From positions 1 through 6,805 of the forward strand of contig JAKLZA010000082.1 of the NCBI GenBank assembly GCA_030704615.1: a DNA stretch of 6,805 nt. Reading direction: 5' to 3'. A program made the position numbers and the translations under genes. The number at the start of each line of letters is the position of its first letter. Positions within the stretch are counted from its first letter, which is position 1. This document shows positions 1 through 6,805 of this stretch, one piece after another. The notes beneath the pieces were generated by a model. The model saw nothing but the letters and a program-made list of their open reading frames with translations. It was not told the origin of the DNA and made no database searches. The DNA is from Takakia lepidozioides. Taxonomy: Eukaryota > Plantae > Bryophyta.

Positions 1-266
1 ACTGCAGCTAAGCACTCTCCCTCATATGAGCTGTACTTAGCCTCTGCAGCGTTGTTCAAGCGGCTAGCGTAAGCCACTACGAACTCTCTTCCCTCATCAT
101 CCACCTGTGTGAGCACCGCTCCAAGCCCCAACATGCTCCAATCCGTATGCAGCTGAAAGGGACGCCCCCTGATAGGTCGTCTCAAGATAGGCGCCGAGGT
201 CAACCTCGCCTTGAGCTCTTGAAAAGCTCGTTCCTGCTCATCTTCCCACTGCCACTCCTGGTCCAC
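1..266 (-). pseudogene. pol: Ty3/Gypsy pol fragment (RT-RNase H connection plus N-terminal half of RNase H) of a host element, interrupted by insertion at about 267 and running off the window start
   Basis: Manual translation of the reverse complement (codons 266 down to 3) has no stops: VDQEWQWEDEQERAFQELKARLTSAPILRRPIRGRPFQLHTDWSMLGLGAVLTQVDDEGREFVVAYASRLNNAAEAKYSSYEGECLAA. It matches the Ty3 pattern W..EQ..AF..LK..L.SAPIL, F.LHTDxS..GLGAVL.Q, VAYASR, AE..YS..E.E.LA. Catalytic Asp codon at 141-143 and Glu at 15-17. Upstream the frame loses homology and stops at 288-290. Confidence 0.95.
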
Positions 267-1133
267 TGTTAGAGGACTGTAGGGGACTTAGACACTTATA
301 CGGGATCTGTAGGGTACCCTTAATTTTGCACAGACTGAGACCAACAGGAGCCTTAGGGGTGACAGCAGCGCACTGTAGAGGGGGGTTACACAGTTGTCAC
401 AGCCGACACAGCCCGTCACAGTCGTCACAGCCCACACAGCCGACACAGCCCACACAGCCGACACAGCCAGTCACAGCCCGACACAGCCAAACACAGCCAG
501 TCACCGCTTGACACAGCTGTCACGATAATAGGGAACGACTGTGGGGAACAACACCTGTGAAGGGAACATGTTAGTTCACAGACGACGGTTAGAGAGGGAA
601 ACGGTTAGAACCGCGGATAGGAGGATAAAGGGAGAAACGGGGAATGAAGGAGATCATCATTATTCGGGGAGGACTTCTGAGTCAGGCTGGAGCGGAGATC
701 GGAGGCAAGAGATGGAGAGCACGGTGAAGGAGAAAAGAGGATTAGTAGATGCTTGTTATATGCAAAGCTGTAGTGATATTGGAGAGCAGATTAGAGACAT
801 AATGGCTTCGGCCTGATACCTGATAAATCATAATCTGATACTTATAAGATACAATCACACTGTGTAGAGAGATCTGAGAGAAGCTGTGGATTGAATGGAT
901 GAGTGAAGAAAACTGATAGATTGATGAAGCAAACTAATACTTAATTATCAATGGTAAGGTAGCTAAGATGAATGCGAAAAGGGAAACAAATAGGAAACAC
1001 CCCCATGATACACTAGCTGTAGGTCATGACTGATTGTTCTGCGCGGGCTGAGTACTTAGAGATTTCCAACTCTTCTATCTTGGAGTTTCCGCCTCGGATA
1101 GCGAAGGGATGGGTGAGTAAAAGCCGCGCGACA
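267..1133 (+). repeat. Putative 5' LTR (3' end well supported; 5' end at 267 or alternatively 518)
   Basis: TGTTAG begins at 267, where the minus-strand pol homology ends. The segment ends ...CGCGACA at 1133, 2 nt before the PBS. The alternative start TGTCACG (518-524) is a 6/7 inverted match to CGCGACA. No second LTR is in the window to confirm. Confidence 0.65.
388..523 (+). repeat. Tandem array of about 14 units of 9-10 bp, consensus (A/T)CACAGCC(N)G
   Basis: Units read directly: ACACAGTTG TCACAGCCG ACACAGCCCG TCACAGTCG TCACAGCCC ACACAGCCG ACACAGCCC ACACAGCCG ACACAGCCAG TCACAGCCCG ACACAGCCAA ACACAGCCAG TCACCGCTTG ACACAGCTG TCAC. Confidence 0.95.
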
Positions 1134-1721
1134 TTTGGCGACCATACTGGGGACCTGGGACATGAACAACCAGATGTGACAGGCATCTGGTGGGATCATG
1201 GTGGTTGGACCATTAAAGAATTTGAAGTGAATCAAATTCCCTGTGGAACGAAGGAAGAAAGATTGTCCAAACGATTCTTTCAAAGGTTCTTGGAATTGCC
1301 AGACGGATGTAAAGAAAATATTCTTAAACGAGTGCATGATGCTGATCCAGAATGGGGTCTGGAGAAAGGAGTGATAAAGATTTATCAGGTAGCCTGTAGA
1401 GGAAGAGCACGTTGGTTACCAACATTGGTTTATGTGATAGCATTGCTATCCATTAAACGAGTAGAGTTTGAAGGCTGGGAAGAAAGAAAGGTGAATGTTT
1501 ATACTCATATGCATGAAGAGCTTGTACTGGTAAAGAATTGGATTCCAAAGGATATTTTGTGGATCAAACTCACACCAAGAACAGCTTTTCAGACTTGTTT
1601 GCCATATGGTTATATGGTAACGGAGACTTCAAGTATAGCCAAGGGTGCATTGAAGCTTGAAAGAAACCCAGGCATATACGAGAGATATTACAGAAGAGAG
1701 TTTTGGTTGTTGCCACATTAA
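1026..1721 (+). CDS. Extra ORF upstream of gag, 231 aa, unknown function, F-box-like motif at aa 88-130
   Basis: Uninterrupted 231 codons with globular composition (10 Trp), on the same strand and frame as gag. It contains FLELPDGCKENILKRV...VACRGRARW. The true start is uncertain because the only early in-frame ATG lies in the LTR. Confidence 0.6.
   Translation: MTDCSARAEYLEISNSSILEFPPRIAKGWVSKSRATFGDHTGDLGHEQPDVTGIWWDHGGWTIKEFEVNQIPCGTKEERLSKRFFQRFLELPDGCKENILKRVHDADPEWGLEKGVIKIYQVACRGRARWLPTLVYVIALLSIKRVEFEGWEERKVNVYTHMHEELVLVKNWIPKDILWIKLTPRTAFQTCLPYGYMVTETSSIAKGALKLERNPGIYERYYRREFWLLPH
1136..1154 (+). promoter_or_regulatory. Primer-binding site, probably for tRNA-Arg
   Basis: TGGCGACCATACTGGGGAC starts with TGG (complement of tRNA CCA) and follows CA plus TT. 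It resembles the tRNA-Arg PBS of Ogre/Tat elements (TGGCGACTC.GCTGGGGA, from memory). Confidence 0.8.
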
Positions 1722-1742
1722 AAGAAATGAAAGACATGGGAC

Positions 1743-3700
1743 ATGAGTGATGAAAGAGAAGCTAGACGACAGAGATATTCATCAAAAAGAGAAAGCTATC
1801 TGAAAGCTAATTATCCATATCTTTGGGAGAGAGGAATAGACATAGGGGAATCATCTGGACCTCTCACACCATCAAGATCAAAAAGTGCATCACCTATACC
1901 GGAAGAACTAGAGTTGGATGCCACTCCTTCTGTTTCTTTGCAAGAAAGATTAAGGGAATTGGTACAGGAAGAAGATCAATCACGAGGTGAAAGATCTGAG
2001 GTACATCCTTGGATAAAAGACTTGACAGAAATCTTTGATAAGAGTTGGCATGGAACACCAAAAGCAGGAACTCCAGTTTCTGAAGCAGAAGATGAAGAAG
2101 GAGAAGAGGATGTGGCAGAGCCAACGGAGAGTTCAGACTCTCCAACACCATTACAGTTGAGTTACATGAGTGAAGAAGAAACCCAAGGGCAGAACTTGGA
2201 GGATGAAAACAGAAAAGAGAAGAAGAAATTAGAAGAGGAAGAATATGAAGAAGTAGACCCAACAGCTGAGGTTGAGACTACAACCAGGACATCCCAACCC
2301 GTTGGACCTGGATCAAGTGGAGCACTTGGATCACAGGCCAACGAAGGTGTCGGCTCAGGGGGATCAGGCGGGCTGCCTGGATCTGGCTCTGGGGGGACAG
2401 GGAGTGTGGGAAGTAGTGCAACTGAAGCTGGGAATACTGTGAATATCGTGGGACCAGAAGCAAGGAGTGCTCAAGGGCCACCACTTGGTGGAAGATCCAC
2501 CACAAAAACAACAGGTCCAGAAGGACCAGCACCAGCAAGGGTGCCAGCACCTGTCAGTGGGCAGAAGGTAGGGCCACAGATGGCGTTACAACCAACACGG
2601 GCAAAACCACCCTTTCCAATATATTCAGGAAAAGGGGATCCCGATGTACACATTAGCCAATTTGAGCACATGTGTATAGTGAACAATGAGAATGGCGATG
2701 ATGCCAAGATGAGACTGTTTCCTTGTTCACTTATCAAGAAAGCAAGTGAATGGTATGCAAGATTCCCTGATAATCATTTCCTAACCTGGAATGGCTTGAA
2801 TACAGCATTTCGAAATAGGTTCAGGACAAGTAAAACTGAGGATGAAGTGTATGGAAGTTTACAACAGCTGAAGCAGAAGAAGCATGAAACTGTTGAAGAG
2901 TATATGGAGAAGATGGAATTGATGATGAAAAACTGGCTGCAGTACCAGCGCCCGGTTTACAGAAGACTTGGTTTGTGAGTGGATTAAGACCAGAGTTGCA
3001 AAAGAAAGTGGATATGTTACCCATAACACAGTGGAGGAGGCATTTGAAACTGCGAACAGAATTGAGCAATTGGGAATGCTCAGGAGAGAGAAAAAAAAAA
3101 GATGAGGACTCTGAGGATGAGTCAGATAGATGAAGAAGAAGAGAAAGAGAACTAAAAAGAAAGAGTAAGAGAGAAAGGAAAGTTGAAGAGGGATAACTAT
3201 GAAAAAAAAAATTGAAGAAATCTTGAAGAAGTATGCCACAGAGGCTGCAACACATTGGAGGAAGGGTGTATGGTGTGCAAAAGTGCCAGAATGAAGGCCA
3301 TACCACCACAGAATGCCACATGAAGGAGAAACACTGTACTATCTGTAAAATGGATAACCATTCTACTGAGAATTGTTACTACAACAGAAGGACAGCTGCA
3401 AGAGAACCTAGGCAAGTAAGGGTGCATCAGGTGCAGCCCCAGCCAAGAAGAAACAATGATCAGGACCACTATGGTAGGTCTGGTGGTTATAACAATGGCA
3501 TGGAAGGGAGAGGTAATTCAAGGGGGAATTACCAAGGAAATTCCAGAGGCAACTATCAGGGTAATCCAAGGGGAATTACCAGCCTGGAATCAGGATTATA
3601 GAAATAATCCAAGACAGACCAAGGGCGAGGACCCAATGGTGAAGAGCTATGTTACTATTGTAATCAGCCAGGACATCGCAAGCAGCCTGTGTTCATTTCT
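1743..3700 (+). CDS. gag: Gag: acidic and Gly/Ser/Pro-rich N-terminus, retrotransposon capsid domain (about 2613-3075), Lys/Glu-rich tract, CCHC knuckles; frameshifted after about 2930
   Basis: FPIYSGKGDPDVHISQFE...KMRLFPCSLIKKASEWY...TWNGLNTAFRNRF...LQQLKQKKHETVEEYMEK is a typical retrotransposon Gag core. Adding one A to the run at 2928-2932 continues as KLAAVPAPGLQKTWFVSGLRPELQKKV, the F..GL.P.L motif. Confidence 0.9.
3274..3376 (+). other. Two tandem CX2CX4HX4C zinc knuckles
   Basis: CAKCQNEGHTTTEC (3274-3316, one extra A near 3280) and CTICKMDNHSTENC (3335-3376, intact). Confidence 0.9.
3510..3585 (+). repeat. Coding 24-bp degenerate repeat encoding (RGNYQGNS/P) about 3 times
   Basis: Translation RGNSRGNYQGNSRGNYQGNPRG, followed by AATTACCAG (NYQ) after a 1-nt shift. 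Confidence 0.85.
3650..3692 (+). other. Third CCHC zinc knuckle
   Basis: TGT TAC TAT TGT AAT CAG CCA GGA CAT = CYYCNQPGH. The final Cys (TGT at 3688 or 3690) needs a 1-nt indel. Confidence 0.75.
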
Positions 3701-4265
3701 GGATAAGACACCAGAATGAGATGAGAGCTCCTGTGAATGAGGCCAGTTGGTGGCAGCTCACATGGTTAGGCCATGTGTTGTAGAGAAGTAAGTACAATGA
3801 TAGTAACAAGAAGTAAAGCCAAACTAATACCTCCAGTAGAGAGGAAGAAGATGAGATGGAAGAAGGGCAATGATATGCCTGAAGATGAGAGGACTTGGAA
3901 AGATGAGAAGGAACTGCACAAGGAAGTGGCAGATACTATAAGGGAAATGCAAAAGAGTACTGATATTTCTTGTGGCAGATTCCTCTGATTCGGATGGAGA
4001 AAAAGAGGGAGTGAGGAAGAAAGAAAAAAAAAAGATGCAGACATGCAAAGTAATGAAGAGACTTTGGCTGCAGTAATATGTCAGACCAAAGCAGAAATTA
4101 CCATTGGACAGCTATTAGCTGTGGCACCTTATTGTAGGCACAGGCTGTATCAGGCAATCAATCGAATTGCCCAAGAGACAGGAAACACAGACCTGAACAG
4201 CAAGGTGACCAGTTATAATGTGAAGCCGGAAGGGGCGAGAACCAGTCATGGACTTTGATGATTCT

Positions 4266-4585
4266 ATGCCAGTAATCCAATTGAGAATTGGAAGCACAGA
4301 ACTAACTGATGTACTGATAGATGGTGGTTCTGGAGTAAATATCATGACAGACCAATTAAGGAAGAAGCTTGGTCTAAGTAACATGAAACCAGCCCCATTT
4401 ACAGTAACAATGGCAGATCAAAGAAGTGTGCAGCCATTGGGATAATAAGAGGAGTTAAGATACAGATACAGAAAATGATCTTTATGATCACAGTAACTGT
4501 ATTAAAAATGGATGAAGTCATGGAGGCTTACTCCTTATTATTGGGACGTCCGTGGCTGAAACAGGCCAGGGTATTCCATGACTGG
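4266..4585 (+). pseudogene. pol: Aspartic protease domain, frameshift near 4440
   Basis: VLIDGGSGVNIM (Asp codon 4320-4322), FTVTMADQRSVQPLG and YSLLLGRPWL. Confidence 0.93.
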
Positions 4586-5023
4586 AATTCTCAGTTATTA
4601 ACCGTGCATAATGGGATACACGAGATACAAATTACCACAAAGAAATCTAGTAGATTACCCGCTACAAGAAGACCTCGAGGAGTCAGAGAGTATGACTGGA
4701 GAGGAGGACTGGATGAGGAGCAGGAAGCTACCCTATTTGCTGCACACCCAGAGTGGGAGCAGGTGGCGGAGATGCGGCTGGAAAGCCTAAGTTGTTTGAG
4801 AGGTATCTGCTGTGGTGTAGTGACAGCAACACCAACTGAAGAGAAGAGGAAACTAGCATTTACCCATCACATTTCTATGAAGAGAGAGAAGGAGAAATAG
4901 AAATCCTAGAAGAACCAGCCACTGTGAGCTTACAGGATGAAGTGGTGACTGGTTGGACAATCACAGCTGATGAGCAGGTGAGAGAAGTAAATGTGGGAAC
5001 TCAGAGGAACCGAGTGATAGGAT

Positions 5024-6075
5024 GTGAAAGTAGGAGCTGATTTGGAACCGGAATTCTTCGAAGAAGCTAAAAGCTTGTTCATCAAATACAGAGATGTATT
5101 TGCTTGGAGCTATGAGGATCTAAAAGGGATACCACCTGAAGTCTGTCAGCATAAGATTGAACTGGAACCAGGGTCAGTACCAATCAAGCAGGCGAGGTAT
5201 AGAATGAATCCCACTACGCACAGAAGGTTGGAGAAGAGATAAAGAAGTTAGCTGAGGCTAAGTTTATATACCAATAGAGTATACAACTTGGTTGTCACCA
5301 TTGTTGTAATAGTTCCAAGAAGAATCAGAAGAATGGCACAATGAGAGTATGTGTGAACTATAAGAAGCTGAATGCTTGTACGAAGAAAGATCCTTTCCCT
5401 TTGCCATTCACAGAAGAAGCAGTATTAGACACTGTGGCAGGCCATGAGATGTACTCATTCATGGAGGGCTTCAGTGGTTATAATCAAGTGCAAGTGGCAG
5501 AAGAAGACCAAGGGAAAACAGCTTTCATCACAGACTGGGGGGCTTATGCATACAAAGTCATGCCCTTTGGACTGTAATGCACCAGCGACCGTTCAGAGAG
5601 TGATAGTGAATCTTTTATGAGTATCTGGATGATTCATGCAGTGTTTTTGGATGATTTCAGTGTGTACAGCTCTAGAATGAGCACTTGCATAAATGGAGAG
5701 TTATGCCTGGCCAGATGCAGGATGAGAGGTCTGGGCTTGAATCCAGAGAAGTGTACTTTCTGTGTTGAACTCAGGGGTGCTTCTGGGGACACATTGTGTG
5801 TAAGAAGGGACTTCTTGTGGATCCCAGGAAGACAGAGTCCATTAAAGTCTCTCCACCACCGTGAATGTTAAGAGTTTAAGGAGATTCCTTGGGCAAACCA
5901 GTTATTATGAAGAAGATTGTGCAAAAGGTATGCACAAATAGCAGCACCATTGAGAAGCTTCTGAAGGAAGAAAGGATGCCAGTGTTTGCCTGGACAGCTG
6001 AATGTCAACAGGCGTTTGAGGAACTTACACTGTCAGTAACAACTACACCTGTGCTGATTAACCCCCACTGGCATG
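5024..6075 (+). pseudogene. pol: Reverse transcriptase and connection domain, multiple frameshifts
   Basis: YRDVFAWSYEDLKGIPPEVCQHKIEL, MRVCVNYKKLN..TKKDPFPLPF, YSFMEGFSGYNQV, KTAFITDWGAYAYKVMPFGL, VFLDDF (FLDD at 5644-5655), GLNPEKCTF and FAWTAECQQAFEEL. Confidence 0.96.
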
Positions 6076-6077
6076 TA

Positions 6078-6451
6078 GTATTTCATGTTCACTGCGATGC
6101 ATCAGGAGAAGCGTGGGTGCGGTGTTAGCCCAGAATGTTACAGGGAATATAGATTCACCTGTGTACTATGCTAGCCGGTTGATGAACAGTGCTGAGAGAG
6201 GAACTATTATAGACAACGGAAAAAAAGAGAAGCATTGGCAATGATTATGCAGTCAAGAAATCAGGCATTACCTATTGGGAAGAAAGTTTATGTTTTATGT
6301 GGATCACCAGGCTCTGATATATCTGGTGAACAAACCTTTGATAAGTGGAAGGAGGATAGCGAGGGTGGTTAAGAATCTTGCATGAGTTTGAGTTCGAGGT
6401 CTTTACAAGCATGGCCGTTTGCATCTTGTGGCAGATCATTGGTCACGACTA
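6078..6451 (+). pseudogene. pol: Ty3-type RNase H domain, frameshifted
   Basis: VFHVHCDASG (Asp 6096-6098), AVLAQ, SPVYYASRLMNSAER, EALAM, RHYLLGRKFMFYVDHQALIYLVNKP and HLVADHWSRL. Confidence 0.93.
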
Positions 6452-6689
6452 ACAACAGGAGAGGCCGCAACAGGAGTGGACGACAGTTACATGATGCGAG
6501 TTTATTTATAATGGAGGGTGCAGGAAGTGCCCAGATGAATGGTTAGAATGAATGGTTTAGATTGGCAGTGGCCAATCAGATACTACCTTGCTATGGTCAG
6601 TGCCCACCTAGTTATGGTAAGGGAGCAGAGGAGAAAGAGGACTGCTATCACAGCTTTACCTTATATATTGGTAGGAAAGCAGAATGTAT

Positions 6690-6805
6690 AGTTAGGACTG
6701 ATGGAGTACTAAAACGATGCCTTGTACCACCATGAAGTAAATAAAGTCTTGGAGGAAGTCAATAAAGGGATGTGGCTGGAGGTCCTTTTGGCGAAGAGAC
6801 TACAG
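6690..6805 (+). pseudogene. pol: Start of integrase (lead-in to the H2C2 zinc-binding domain), truncated by the window end
   Basis: Across frames: TDGVLKRCL, HEVNKVLEEVNKG, AGGPFGEETT. This matches the pattern DG.LRRC...E...IL.E.H.G..GGHF, but both His positions read Asn and Pro. Confidence 0.75.

Larger units (their letters stand above)
267..6805 (+). mobile_element. Ty3/Gypsy LTR retrotransposon, non-chromovirus type (Athila/Tat/Phygy-like), 3' part outside the window
   Basis: Order is LTR, PBS, extra ORF, gag, PR, RT, RH, INT, which is the Gypsy domain order. The motifs LIDGGSGVN, DVFAWSYEDLKGI, KDPFPLPF, VFLDDF and ADHxSRL are typical of plant non-chromoviruses. Confidence 0.93.

Noticed and set aside
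326-511. 61-aa ORF with QPT repeats
   Set aside because: It is a translation of the 9-bp tandem array, starts at TTG and lies in LTR-like sequence.
388-523. CRISPR-like array
   Set aside because: Units are 9-10 bp, contiguous, with no unique spacers and no cas genes.
541-816. 91-aa ORF in the LTR
   Set aside because: GTG start, no recognisable motif, and consistent with chance in purine-rich sequence.
833-850. TATA box (TATAAG near 843) among CTGATA repeats
   Set aside because: Plausible, but it cannot be distinguished from other AT-rich candidates without TSS data.
1026-1721. env-like gene
   Set aside because: It lies 5' of gag, has no signal peptide and has only one short hydrophobic stretch (LPTLVYVIALLSI).
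2925-2935. Programmed -1 frameshift at GAAAAAC
   Set aside because: It falls inside the capsid domain, is not a canonical slippery heptamer and is one of many homopolymer indels.
1056-4384. Several minus-strand ORFs rich in Leu/Phe/Ser that look like membrane proteins
   Set aside because: They are shadow frames of the A/G-rich plus-strand coding sequence.
5024-5871. Prokaryotic RT system (retron, DGR, group II intron)
   Set aside because: RT motifs and the flanking Gag, protease, RNase H and integrase are clearly Ty3/Gypsy.

Overview
The window is eukaryotic repeat DNA made of nested Ty3/Gypsy LTR retrotransposons. The motif style suggests a plant, possibly a bryophyte or other early-diverging lineage (inference only). 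Positions 1-266 on the minus strand hold an open connection/RNase H fragment of one Gypsy pol that the ORF track missed. It is interrupted at about 267 by a plus-strand element. That element has a 5' LTR (TG at 267, or alternatively 518, to CA at 1133) containing a 9-10 bp tandem array, and a tRNA-Arg-like primer-binding site at 1136-1154. Next comes an unexplained 231-aa ORF (1026-1721) that starts inside the LTR, reads through the PBS and carries an F-box-like motif. Then follow gag (290-aa disordered N-terminus, capsid, three CCHC knuckles), protease, RT, RNase H and the start of integrase, which is cut by the window end. From about 2930 onward gag-pol has many frameshifts, often at homopolymers, so it is either decayed or affected by long-read/consensus errors. 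The best candidate for new biology is the extra ORF.
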